64,000 nucleotides of DNA from Lingula anatina (lineage: Eukaryota; Animalia; Brachiopoda), in contig CM120640.1 of NCBI GenBank assembly GCA_051362555.1, positions 4,278,001 through 4,342,000 of the forward strand, in the 5' to 3' direction. Positions 24,564 through 39,500 of this stretch are shown here, piece after piece. Every line of letters starts with the position of its first letter. Positions within the stretch are counted from its first letter, which is position 1. The notes under the pieces were generated by a model. That model ran no database searches. It had not been told where the DNA came from and saw only the letters and a program-made list of their open reading frames with translations. The translations under genes and the position numbers were made by a program.

Positions 24564-27467
24564 TTAGAATACTGATTCTGCGCTGCGGGAAAGGTGGATA
24601 GGATGTGACGGACTTCTTGATAGTGGTTTCTTTGGTAAACGTTCAAGTATCTTTAAGAATCTGACAAACTCCGGTCTCGATTCTGGATTGTAGGACCAGC
24701 ACTGCATTAATACATCCTAGGAGAGGGAAGACAAGCCAGTCTTAGGATAAACAATAGTACAAGAGAGTAACTGAAGGTTATACATCAGGTTTTTACCTCA
24801 ATAATCTAAACAACCTGAGCCAAAAATATAGTGCGTTTCATTAAATCAAATCAAATCAAATCATATTTTCTATCAATATATCATATACTAACAAAAAACC
24901 CACGTCTTCTTTTATCTAAAGTACATAATGCGACCTTGTCACCACTTACTTTGACGTCTTTGGATGCATTGACGTTCCCAAGAGATTGTTTCATGCCCCT
25001 CCCCACCTGCCAAATGATGGACTCTGGGGGCTGATTCTTGAATGGCCATTCACCACAGAACATCTCATACCAAACAGTTCTGAAAAGAATCAATGTTTAT
25101 TGTCATTTTGATTCCGGTAAGCATTTTTTAAAACTTTTTCTAAAATAAGTAATCATTATATAAAAGTATTTCTAAAATAATTCATGCTCACCAGCTTTAT
25201 TAACAAGTATCTGCATTTAGCATTTACTTAGAGAAAACAGATCTGAATTGCTTATAGTCAAGAATTGCAAGCCTTTGAAAAACTAGAACACAATCAACTG
25301 TAAAAACAACAAGATTTGCCACAGCAACAGCAAGCAGAAATAGTTCACCTACCCAAATGCATACACATCTGAATGCTCTGAGAAAGGCAAATCTTCATTT
25401 CTCTCTCCAGCATGTAAGGAACGCATGATCTCTGGGGACAAGTAGCACAACCAACCTGGAGGAATGACAAGGAAGTCCCCCTTCCTGAAACAGAAGATCA
25501 TGAAAGAGGTAAGATTTGTGTAGTAACTCGTCAATGTATCATAGGGGGAAATTATCTATTCTACATGGATTCTGTTTATATCAAAAAAAGAAAAGATGTG
25601 TAACCATTTGGCTTTGGATGAAATAACATGATAAAAGAAAGCAAGAAACCTAGGTAAAGATATCTACATTTATGTTTATGGAAAGTTTTAATTTGTTATA
25701 TTCCATCCAATGCAAGACACATAACTACTCACCCATTTCCTTGGCACAACCTGGTAACATTAAAGAGACCAAAGTCAGTGATCACAACTTTCCCATTTTC
25801 CAGGAAAATATTCTTGGTCTTCAGGTCTTTATGGACAATGCCTCTGTGATGAAGATAGCTCATACCCTGAACTATCTGAGATGAGATGATAACTATTCTA
25901 TTCATGGTGAATTTTTCTTTCCTCATGTGGATATGAGTATAGAGAGTATATCCTTTCAGAATACTGAAAAAATTGAAAAAAGATTTAACTTATTGTAAAA
26001 TCAGTTAATCACAACTCAAAATTATGTCGTTTTTAAAAAAATACAATAGTAATAATAAAAATCTAGTGATAAATATATCATCACCATCAAATTAAAACAG
26101 AAATCAATATAGATAAAACTTCTTGCAATTGTAACACTTCATCTAAAATCATAACTTGTTGGCAGTGAATGAATGTTACCTTGTTACAATGGCTAAGTGC
26201 GGAGGCTTCATGCAAGCACCCATGAATAATACTAAATTGTCATGCCTAGTTTTTCTCAGCATTGCCACCTGGAAATTAACAATCATATCCAAACTATGTT
26301 TGCAGATAAATATTTCACATATTTAAAACCAAGGATTTATCTGGATGATCTTTTATGTCAACAGTACATTTCGTTGTTCTTCCAACACAAAAGGCATAAG
26401 CTTTTTTAAAGTTTAATGCAAACTCATATTTTTAAGAAACTTACAAAGTGTGCCAATTAATTTAATAAACTAAGTATTTTTAATGGTACATTAGAATTTT
26501 TAGTCAAATTTATTGGCCTTTTTTAAAGTGCCAGTAATTTTCAAATTTAAATAATTTTTATAAGGAGAATAGAAACATCACTGGATGTGCCATATAGAAA
26601 TTCATCACAAATATCACCTACCTCCATTTTGAATGCTGATAACTGTGCTTGATTGTCTGCATTAGGGTCCATGTTTAACATTTTGATTGCTACTTCTCCA
26701 TGCCAATGACCCCTGAAAAAGACATTGTGATCCTAATTAGTCTGTACTACAAGGAATGGGATCATGAGCCTTGTGTCAAGGATATTGGGGGGTGGGGGGG
26801 GGGGGGTGGGGGTGGGGGGTGGAGAATACATTACCAAGCAATAAGAAATCATCTCTTTACAATCTTAACACATTCTGGACACACTTGACCTTTAAAACCA
26901 CAAGAATTTCAAAATAAATTCTATGACAGGTGTGGATTTTGTGGAATTCTGAATGAGATAGAGCTTGTCATTCGCTGCTTTTTTAAAAGACACATGCACC
27001 AACATAAAAAATATTGTTCGACAATTGTCAAAATCAATTTGAACTTATTTCTAAACAAGCAAACTTACTTGTATACAGTTCCAAACCTTCCATGACCTAT
27101 TATATCACCCCTTGTTAAGTCTTCATAAGGGATGTCCCATTCTTTTATCTGAACAGATATCTGAAAACAAAAACAGTACACTGTCAAGACCCAGTCTGTC
27201 AACAATTGATTAGAACATGACATGTATCTGAATTTGTAATATACAAAAGATGTCTTAATGTAACAGATCTTGATCTTACTGAATTGTGGTCTAAAACACA
27301 TATTAAAGAAAGCAAGCAACTACTTCAGTAAAATGTTTTAGTAATATTAACTTACACTTAAAGCCCGATGCAGCAGGGCATCATCTTGACTGTCTATGGA
27401 ATCTGTGCGGTCAGGAATTATTTTTTCTGAATTACTCTGAAAAAAAATCGTATTATTTAATCAATAT

Positions 27468-27520
<53 letters not shown>

Positions 27521-30500
27521 GGTATTCATAAAAAATTTCAGACATAAAGAAGTTACCCAATACTTCATTTGATCTTTTTCACTTCTAATCTCAGATTAGT
27601 AGCATTCAGTATTATTATACAGAAAAGTACTTACTGTTATTGTTTTGTCACTGTCATTTGACGTGTTGGTATTTATAACATCTCTGAAAACAAATAAAAT
27701 ATTACCCATCAGTTAACTACCTCTGGAGAAAGGTATTTTAGAATTTATTGGTTGGAGGTCTCTATCCTTCTAAATTCATTTGAGAGAGAGAGAGAGAGAG
27801 AGAGATCAGCAATGTAACTATGTCATTCAAGTTTGCTAATAAAAATACTTACGCATTGTGGTTATCATTCACCCTAGGTTCAAAGCCATTGTATGTATTC
27901 AGATAGCCACTTGTTGTAGAACTTACAATGCTGCTATTATCATTTGTTTCTAAAGGGAAAAACAAAACAAGCCAATAAATATTTCATTAAGTTGGTGATT
28001 CACACAGGTTCATGACACACTCAAAATTTACATTTCACCTGCTGCACTGCACACACATTTTGTTTATCTCATGCTTTCCCTAAACTGCCCATCAATTCAC
28101 CTATCAAATTCAGGATCTATGCTTCCCAATTTTATCTTTCCTCCTCTTGCATTTATATTATGCAAATCAACCCTGACTGTAACCATGGTAACATCCACGT
28201 ACCTGGAAACTGGAACTCTGTGACCCTGATCACTGGAGAGTTGGGTCCTGCTGGGGTGGGTGGGGTCATACTGGTGGATGTGGATGAGGGGTTGGTGATC
28301 AGCGCGGGGGATGAGGGGGTGGATGAGCTACAGGAGGAGGGGTTTGAGCTGGAGTCTGGCACTGAAACAAAGGTGGGGACAGACTGGACAGGCTTCATCT
28401 TGTTGTTACTTTCGTGGTTGTGGTTGTTGCCTGATAGGTCCATCACATGTCTTGGAGAAGCTGGTGACCCGCCTGAAACAACAACATTTAAAATCTGGGT
28501 TAAGCTCACCGCACATTTTGTTATCATCTAATCACAAAAATAGTTATCTCCAGTTGGAAAATAACAATGGAAATGCACTTATCACCTGTTCTACTTTTTC
28601 CATTTTATCTCATATATATAATAAAGTGGAAAATTATCTTTTTTTTGTGGTTGGTTTCAAGAAATTTATCAATAAAAATGTAATGAGCATATTTACCTTT
28701 GGTTGTTTCATTTTTAAAACAATTTGTATTTCATTCCATTTCATTTTTTTCTCTATGTTTAAAATATTATCTGCTTTACAGCTTTGATTTACTATGTGTG
28801 AGATACATCCTAACTAAATACCATTTATATCAAACTAAAAGAAAAAAGAGCTTAAGTCAGTGAATGTGAATATAAATTTTTTTGCTCAAGCAAAATTAAT
28901 CCAAAGAATGGAATCAAATCAACTGCTACCCAAAGGTGACAAAATAATTAAGGTCAATCATTTTAGTTATATGGGAAATTTCACTGGCATACATGAACGG
29001 TGGTGAAGTTTCCTGACTTACCATCTTGTCTAATGAATTCTAAGTACTTATATAAGAACTCGTCCGGTAGTCCACATGCTGGGGCAGCTTTGGTAGCACA
29101 CTCTCTATGGAATTTTTTCCTAGGATATGAAATAAAATTAGATTCTTTCATAGAAGTCTCTAAAAAACACTAATGACAGATTGAATATCATTTTCCAATT
29201 TTTTTTTACTTCAACAAAATTTTGTTATAAATAGTGATAAAAGACAAAGCTGGGATAAAATTTTTTTAATCAAGTTTAACTTCTTCAAATTAATAAAATT
29301 GCAAGTTATTTTTATTTGTTAAGCTTAATGTTACTTTATATATAAAGAATCATTTTACATCATATTATAAAATAACTACACTATACATTTTGCCAGCATA
29401 ACATTTTACGTACTCAAGATGACATAATATCTGATAATTTTGAGAAAGGATAGCTTGTTCTCTGAAGCAATTTCTAGGAGAAGACATATAGTGATACATT
29501 TATGTACAAAAGAAATTCAGAACCCAACTTCAATGAAATATGTGAAGATAATGCAGACAGTGGTTGGTGTTCACAAATGTTTGCTTTTCATCACAAATTT
29601 CAAAATAAAAATGTATGCAATTTCGTTCATTTTGTTGGTTAATATCCTCACACATTAAATAAATCTGTTCTAATGTGTGATGTGCCTGTACCATGTTTAA
29701 TACCCATTTATATTTCAACTTGACCCCCACAAACTGCTGCAGAGAACAAGATTGCACACACAAAGGTGTCCACTTACTTGCAATATTTACACACTTTTCC
29801 TCTAAACACATGTTTACTGCAGTAATCACAATCTCCGAATATAAGTTTACTGCTGAATCTATGCAGAAAAACATACAAAGCATATGGTGAACAGGTGAGT
29901 TATACAGAAAAAGGGTAAGTTACCATATATATCCTACTACATCTAAAAACTGAGAACTCAGAAAGGCCTTGTGGTAAAAAGTGGTAAGGTTATATACCCA
30001 CAAATATATTATTTTGTCACCTTGAAGTTATTTCTTTCATTTATTTATCAATCTATCATGTCTGTCATCTGGCATATACTAAGGGACTATGTTGACCAAC
30101 AAATTGATAAAAGGTGGGTATGTCATTTGACTTAATAGCTAAGGTACCAGTTTTATCTGTCAGAAAGCTATTTTCAACATAATTCAAAATTTCTTATAGA
30201 ATGTAGACAGCTATCATTTTGGAGGCCAACTCCACAACCGCTTAGACCTAAATTACCACAAACTGCACTTGATGCAAAAGCTATGAAAATTAATCCAGTG
30301 ACACAGATTTTGATTTGACATCTGGTTACCTGATGTTAGGCAATTTTATTTACAAAGGTTCATTTAAAATTCATCATTTAAAATTCATTTTTTTTTATAA
30401 GGAAGTAATTTTCATAAAATCAGTTGCACCATTACAAACATAGTTCTCATGTTCCTATTTGTTCTTAGATATTTTTTGACAAGCTGAGACAACAGAGAAC

Positions 30501-33500
30501 ATCAAGAAGCCAAAAACAGCACCTTCAACCCCCCCCCCCAAAAAAAAAACTGCCAATATATGATGTCATCAGAAACTTGACTATGCTTTTATGTGAAAAC
30601 TTGCCATGTCCATAAAATATTATATGATAATACATTAACAACCAGTTTATACAAATATATTTTTACCTTGTTTTGTCTAAGAGGGTATATAACCTTAAGC
30701 AGATTGGAATACTTGATTCAAATTCAGATCATTGGAGAAAAAAATATTTGACTGAAAAAACAAATCTGAGTACTCAGTTATCAGAAGTATTTAACAGTGC
30801 AGTATTAGGGTTCACAAACTGCTTGGCTTTCACTAACAGAATTTCAGTTTTAGGCAAATAGCAACTTAATCATGGCTTAACTATTTTCATTCAAAATTAA
30901 ACATAATTTGTCTTTTTTTGTCATTTTCTTCACTATAATTATTTATTCATTGGATCAAAATGCATATGTTAGTTTCAGCCCAGCATTGTATGTAACCCTA
31001 CATATATGGCTTTAGAAAGTGATTCACTATTTGTGAACATCATCAAAAGAAGGTGAAACGATGACCTTTGCTATGAAAATAAACAGTTCATTTCAAGAGA
31101 CACCAATTTCTGGAAGAAACAAAAAAGATCTCCGAGTCCCTAAAGGCTGTTAGATTAATACGTATAGTTGTTTAATGATACAGATCCAAAATAGGAGTAG
31201 AATATAATCATGCATTAATTCTAATATACAAAAGAGAGGGTTTAGAGAAACAAAGCAAGGGATATGCTCATAGCCACATTGCTTCTATGAAATTAAACCA
31301 GTGTCTGCACAAACAATTATCAAGTATACATGCACCACATTGATATTGCACATTGGCACTGCCCAACTTTCACCAAGCTGGCAAAACGGATCTTCTTACT
31401 TGCAGTTTTTACATTTATATCCACGAAAAAGTGGCCGATAACAGTAGTCACAGCTACTGCTAGTTAACTTAAACATGTTAGTAAACCTTGGCAGCAGTTG
31501 AAAAAGAAAGACTTTTCATTACTGACTAGACAATAATCCCCACAACCAACATCTTTCTCACTATTTCATGCACTGACAAAAAATAGCTATTAATATAGTA
31601 ATGGGTAAATCTAAGTCATGTCATGCCTTTCTTCATTATCACTGATAGCTAATAATAATTATCAGCTTTAGGCAACAAAATTGTGTACATCCTAGAGTAA
31701 AATCCAAAACATGCAAGTGCAAAATGAAAACTTTTTTATGTTTAAGACCATAACAAACTAATTTTGTTTTCTTTTTTTCAACAACATTCATCAGGTTGTC
31801 TCAAACAAACACAGCTTAAATGAACTTATAAAAGTAAATAATAAATGAACAACAATAATACACTGCACTGAATTAAGGATTATATAACAGATCTATAAAT
31901 TTTAACATACACCTTAATCTTGTTAACTTATAGTTAAAACTTTTTTTAGCTTAAAGTTATATATATTGAATAAACAAACATATATAAAAATTTTGCCATT
32001 CATTTTACCTGTGGTTGATAGAATGTAACATACTCCTTGCAGTTTTAGGGGACTTTTGCACCATGAGAGTATCTGGAAAAAGAGGTGATTAAATTGTTGT
32101 ATTCATTAAAAAACAATATATATATTATTATATAATATTTAACAACACAATCGGGACAATGAGGTACAGTTCTCGCAGACAATTTTACTCTAGGAGGGTG
32201 TCTGCTTTTAACCTGATGCTTTGGGTTAATAAGGATTCATAACATGCAGGCAACATGAGTGAGAATTACCTGACTTTTGTAGTGTATCTCCTATACTATT
32301 TTGTTGTATTGCATGTACAATTACAAATTAATATGTAAATCTGTATGTAAACTGCACCTGTAAACCCTACTGAGACACATCTGCGGTGGGGCATATAAGA
32401 AGCGAACTTTACTTTTACTTTACTATGAAATAAAGTAGTTGTATTACAATCAAAGATGGTTTCGTCTTAATTAATTTGCAAATTAAAATCCACAATCATA
32501 ATCAACAATAAGATTTCAATATATGTATAAGAACATCCAATATGTTTGTGTACATAAATGGTGATTCATATGGGAACAAAACGTAATCAAGCTGCTCTGA
32601 TTCAGGGTACTTGGGATTGGTGCCTTCAATTATTAAAGACCAGACAGACATACCTGCTCTATTTGTCCCTCCACTTTCTCCACTGTCTGTGGACATACGG
32701 CGGCCATCATAAATGGTGTCATGGCTGCCATGCAGGTTTAAATTAATTGGCTTCTTCTTAGTTGTAGATCTTTGAAACAAAATTTATATGTCAAATTTAA
32801 TATCTAAAAGCAGATGTTTTCACCAATGTTAAACACTAGAAATACTATTTCAGACGATGACCTTAAATAAATTCAGTTATGTACAAGACTAAATGATAAA
32901 GATTAACATTTAATGATGACATATAATGCATCTTTAACTATAGCTAAAATATGCAAAACTGAAATAAATAAATAATACCAATATTGTGACTACATATATA
33001 CCAAAGAACTACAGACCTTACATTTCAAGTACCAGGTAGTAAACTGTATAAAAATTCACATCTGGAACTTACTTGCTACTTTTCTGTTCTGTTACTCTAT
33101 TTGCCAATTGCGACTCATGTGATTTGCTTTTAGTCAGGGGAAATTCAGGTAGTATGATGTGGTGTCTCTTCAATGGAGGTGGAGTGCCTGTCGGGTGAAT
33201 CTTTGGCTTAGACTGCCTGCCCAATGGAGGTGTCGGTGGTGGTGTTAATCTTCTTCTGGATTTTGGAAAATAAAATCTAGATGAATCTAATGGCAGTCAA
33301 ATAGTTCAAGTATCTGTCATGAATGAATATTTTATTGCTAGTTTCACATGTACACTTTAACTCTATTTTTAATAATTTGGATGATAATCTCAAGAACAAA
33401 GTGGTCATCTTCTAAATTTTCTGTATGCCCCTAGCATAATCCATGACCAAAGACCAAAATTCTCATGTGGTATTAAGAGAGTATCACTTAAAGAGCACTT

Positions 33501-36500
33501 ACCTGTCTGGTGATGGATGAGGACCAGGTGAGTTAGGTGTGCTGTGAGATGGGGTGGAGTCACTGGAATGTCTGTCAAGAACTGTGTTTGGTGGCAGAGA
33601 TGACGTGGAAGGCCTGCTGGTGGGCTTGGGGTGGATCTCGGGTTGTTCTTCTTCCCGCTCTTTCTCCTGCTCTGTGGTGGGGGTGCTGGAGCCAGAGGGT
33701 TCCCAGTGGAAATCATCACTGCCACCTGGCTTCTCACCATGGGTCTGGCGATCTGAAGGAAGATGACAGAGGTCAATGACCGACTCTGCTTTTTGTGAAA
33801 AGGGGCATCTGCACTCCAGAGTTGTATCATGGGAGCACGACCTGTGTACCCTTATGAACATGACAAACACCTATTCCACATTAATTGGCTGGACATATAG
33901 ATCATTTTGTGTGCAAAACATGACAGTCGCAGTTTTACAAGCAGCTAACACAATCCATTGGCTTGACGTATCCCAACCACTGTTGCAGGGCTTCGATTAA
34001 TAAAATTTGGGTAACATTTACTCATTCATTACCAACAAAATTACTTCTTTACAGTAATTCAAGTGTTTGTGCACCTATGTGGTGCAGTACTTTGTTACCA
34101 ATCAAAGAAGGAAGTTGTCATGCCTTTTGACCAACTCTGATTTTTGGGAAAAGATGCACCTGCACATGCTCACACAGACATGTATCAACTGAGACAGAGT
34201 AATCAACTGTTGACAAAATTTTTTGTAATATTCTAGTCTATTTGTTGCAAAGATGTATGTGAAATCTTAGAATTGTGTCACCTATTACCTAAACAGATCT
34301 TCAGTTTACACAAAGCCTTGTTAAGTCTGCTGGTCTCATCAAACCCTCCTTTATATCTCTGCAGCATATCTGTTACTTGGTCAGGGCTCATTTCTAACAG
34401 CTTCTCCACTGTTGCACTCTCTGTGAGGATGCCCTGAAAATATGATTTAGATCTTATAGAATGCTTTGGTTAAAGTGAAGAAATCATACATCTTTTTTTT
34501 TCACTGGTTTCGCTCTTGCTTGAAAAGTAAAAATTTTAAGTGTTTGGCACATTTTCTGGTCAACCTTTATGGTAACTTGTGTGGTCACTTTGATATTTTA
34601 ATTTAATCAAGATATCCTGTAATAATGTGAACAAAAAGCTTAATCAATGGCAAAGAGAAAATTCTATTATGTTTCAATTAGGCTGATATGGATGCTTCAA
34701 ATGGAATACCTGCATGGAAAAAAATATGACATGACTTCACTTAAATAAAAACATTATGCATCTTTTAAACATTACAGTGCAATACACTGACAATAGAGGT
34801 CCCAGGCACACTACGTACAAATATTTAATACTGTACATAAAAATCAAAACATTCTTTATTTGTTATAAAACAGATATTAAAATAATCATGAGGTATCCGA
34901 CATGAGGGTAGTAAAAAAGTTCACATTGACCAACATATTCTAATGGCATTGAATAATTGTTTTTGCAGGTGTCATATCTGAACGTATTTGTCTGCTATCA
35001 GTCTAATACCAAAAACTACAGCTGTTAATTCAATGTGTATTGCAAAAGACAAGACTTTCATAAGTAACCCAGAATCTGACAGCATTGGTTTTTGCTTAGA
35101 GCAAGCAGCATACACACATTTCCCAATTATTACACAGAATACTAGAAGATTGTTTAAAGTGAAAGTGAAATACAGAACAGAAGATTGTACTTGACCGCCA
35201 TATCAAACTGCAAATTTAGGTGGGAATCATTTTTTAAATTGACTGCAGAGAAGTCCTGTAAAAGCCATTAAATAATAAGCTTCACACTGAGAATTTTCCT
35301 CTGGACCATATATCTTCAGTTTATAATTCTAACCTTAGTGACCTCCTCCTTCAGTCCCACTATCTCCAACCAGCTGGCTGTGTTGGGGTACTTGGTGAGC
35401 GTCCCTGGCAATACCCCATTATTGGCTGCCCGAGCTCGCTGAATATGGATCAACTGATTGGTGAAGTAGGTGATCAGTTTCGTCTGAAATTAAATTCAAG
35501 ATTTTACATAGAGATATAACAATATCACTTCAATCACTTATTATAATCATGTCACCTTGTAAAATTTAATTCATCACAGACTGTGACTAAGATCTCCAAG
35601 AGATTTGCAGGTTGTCCAGGTGATTCCCTATACTATAGCCATTAGAAATAATATAATCGCCAAACAGAACAAAAATGTGTAGTTCTTTTTTTTCAAGGTG
35701 GTATAAATAATATGACTGAGCTGAATTATTTTGCAATCTTGTGATATACATGTAAAATAACCAAATAAACAACTGAAAAAGAAAGCTACAAGTAACAACT
35801 GGAACATAAATCTGGCAATAACAGATAAACTAAAGGAAAAGCAATATGTACAAAGTTCAAGTTATCTGCCTTACTAATTAAGTCACTTATTCTGATCCTT
35901 TTGGCAGTAAAGTTGATCAAAAGATGATCAAATGCAAACTTTCCAACCACTTTATTTTATTTCATTGTGTTTTGTTGCTTTTATAAACTGGTACTTTGAT
36001 AAATATACAATGATCACAGTAATATTCTTGACACCTTCATTTTAATTTGGTTTCTCATTGTTACCTTTTAAAAGATTTTTTACACACCTTATAAAACCAA
36101 TTCTTTAAAGACTCAAACACCTTTCTTTTTTTCAAAAATGGGACAGAATAAGTGTAACACTCTATCTGTATACTAACAACTGCTCTGTCTGCCTACAAAA
36201 ACACTTCCAAAAACATTCCAAAATAGTTCATCCTCTCCCAGCCCCCCTCTCCTGCTGTGTTCCCACAGTTGTACAAAGTCATGTAGACTTTCACCAACCA
36301 CTTAGACATGAAGGCCAGAAATTCCTGGTAAAAAACCCTTGAAGCAATAAGCAATGCAATTGTTATGCATGTCAAATATGTGTCAAATTTGACCCCCTGT
36401 CCTTTGATGTTATTGTTTTTGTGTAGTGGTGCGCAACAAGAAATCTTTCTACCACTGCCACACTTGAAAACAATCTGTGTTGTAGCTGATTAAAAAGAGT

Positions 36501-39500
36501 TTGTCTCTGAAAATATGACCTTTGTTCATGTTTGAATACAATGCCCATAATATGCATAACTGCTCTGAATGACAAAAGTTGATATTCAACAATGCGATCC
36601 AAATTTCATAAATGTATACAATTAAAAATACCACATGTCAGTATAAAATGCCACATGCAATCACTCAATAGTTTCAAATATGATATAAAGGCCCATGTCT
36701 AGTTGAGATAAGTTGACCGAACTTAGACTATGAGCGGATTCTCAACGAATTGAGCCAGGCTTTACAAAGCCGGTGACCTAAAAATGGCAGACGTACATGA
36801 AAGAAAACCGCCTAATCTTTTAATAGTCTCTCCGCCTCCCCACACGTCGTCCCTGCGGGATACAGTAATTAAATCTCGGCTCCGTTCGCCATGCGGAAGC
36901 TACCTGAGAAATATTAAGTGCGCATGCTCATCAGTTAAACTCGTGGTGAAGAAAGCATGGCGGCTGAAGGCGTTCGAAGGAAAAAAGCTCTTCTGTTTTA
37001 TTATCTGTCAAAACAGAGACGAAAAAGGAATGAATTGGCTCGTAGAGCAGCAACGAATCGACTATCTACGGAGATAATATCACCAGAGATATTCACAGAA
37101 CTACCCAGCCCCAGTAGACGTAGTTGGAGGTTGGAGCCGAGATTTAATTACTGTACCCCGCAGGGACGACGTGTGGGGAGGCGGAGAGACTATTAAAAGA
37201 TTAGGCGGTTTTTCTTTCATGTACGTCTGCCATTTTTAGGTCACCGGCTTTGTAAAGCCTGGCTCAATTCGTTGAGAATCCGCTCTATACTTGCTACGCT
37301 ATGAGGGCAAGTTTCCAGTGTAGATAGGTCAACCTAACTTCATGCTTCTTAATTTTTCAATTTATTTAGTTGATAACGAATCATGAGACAGTGAAATAGA
37401 TGTTTTAATCCCAATTCACTCATGACAAAAGTATAATTGCTTCATCCGTAAGCAATCCATTTTTTCTGTGATGGTCCTTATTGTCCTTTTATGCATGATA
37501 AATCACATGTAATAATAATTACTTAAACTATTAACATAGTTTTATATTTTCAGACATGTACATAGTAATTCAGTTGCAATACAAAACAGCAAAGAGCTCC
37601 ATGTTATGACTTCAGTTGTTGTGAAATCAACAACCCAGATTTAGCCCTAAGTGCATTGTTCCACTTCTAGACATGCAGTACAAAACAGCAGTAGGCTACT
37701 CAATTTGGAATTCTTCCAAAATATTTACCTGATTACCTTTATATCTAGGGGCTGAATGTATGTGTGGGGCCTACAGAGAAGAATGACTGTATACCATATC
37801 ATTCCAATGTTTTCAACTGATGTACAAAGTACAGAGCTTTGAAATACTTAGGAAGCAAATGGACTATCCATTCACTGCTATCTGAAAGCATCACTAGGTC
37901 TTTCCAAATAAGAAACAAACATGTATAAGAAAGCAATTAAAACATTTACCCCAAAAAATTACACACCAACACAACTGACCAAAAAGATACTGTCCCTCTA
38001 AAGGAACATTATAAGAGATTATCATCATCCAGGCTCATCCTTCACATAAACTTTTTTTTCAATAATCCAAGGGCATGTTACACCTTATTCAGTTAAGAAA
38101 TAAGTGTCACCTGTCCAAGAATGACTTTTTTGCATGATGTGAAATGCATGAAAGTTTGTGCAGTTTAAAAAAAAATCTAGAAAACTGCTGAGTTTAGTAT
38201 ATTTGCCCTGCCATAATATATTAATGATTATTAAAATAGTTATCCAGCCAAAAAAGAAATACTGATGACCCCTCCCCCCTTAAAAAACGTGCTTATATTT
38301 CTCAAGCAGAAGAAAACAGAGCGTGTGACAAAATTTTGATGCATCCCCAATGAAACTATCGCTCAACAAAGATCGTTCCATACTGTGGGGACTCTTTGTT
38401 AAGTACAACCAGATTAACTGAATGACATGCCCCCTCAAGCAACTATGGGGAGATAAACTTTTGTGTGATTTTGGTCGCATTTAAAACGAGGTGAAAAAAT
38501 TTTCAAAGTTAAGTGCACATGAAAGTTAATCACCCCTAAATGCTTCAGATGTGTCATTCACCTGATTGCATTCAGCGAGAGTCCTTGCAGAGTTGGATTG
38601 ATCTGTGCAGAATGACAGTTTCTCTGGGAACGAATCGTAAGAAACAAACTAAGGACATCTGTTCATGTGTTGCTCCAAAAATAAAGTCCTAATTCTACAT
38701 ATTAAAATGTGAGCAAACTTTTTTATTTCTTTTTTTAATAAGTTCTACTGATGAAAATTGAAGAAGGGCATAGTGGCTTACTGCGACCTCTTCTTGCTCC
38801 CAGCTGTAAATTCCTAACTGCTAGCTTTTTAAGTCATTGTGCACCACAAATTAGTTACTAGTTATCAATAATAATGCCAACATACAAAAAATTGGATGAG
38901 TTGATAACTAATTACTGATAACATATTTTTAAACATCCTGGGACAATATATAAATAAATACCCTATGGAAATGGTGCACAATATGTAGGACCACAAGTGA
39001 TAAACACAATAAAAATATATGCCAGGTAACTAACAGCGTAAATCCAGGCACTCACAGACATGTATCACTTGCATGATATGCATCACAATAAATTACAGGC
39101 CTCTCCACAAAAATACTCTGAAAAGTGACTGTTGTCAAAACCCTATATTTCTCCACACCCAACATGTTTTGCTGTAGATCTGTAATATTTCAGGAAGTCT
39201 CATGTGTCTATTAATTTATCTTTGAGTCAAAAAGTCAAAGAAAATGCTATTAATAGATTGGTGTTTACACTGACGCCTAATTTTAGATCTTGCATATATC
39301 TATACAGGGTATTCTGCTGCAATTTAGCCAAATAAATGAGAAGAGAAATGCAAGTGTAGAACTCTCATTTTATGTAGGTAAGTTTTTCCTAAACTAAGAT
39401 CGTCTAAACTGCATTACATGTAAAAATTATCTTACTTTGATATACATTCAAGAGACACAGCTAATTTAGTTTTACTACAGAAAAATGGTTTCTATTACCT

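Noticed and set aside
28160-28787. Plus-strand ORFs of 123 and 158 aa
   Set aside because: They are antisense shadows of the Ser/Pro-rich KSR exon.
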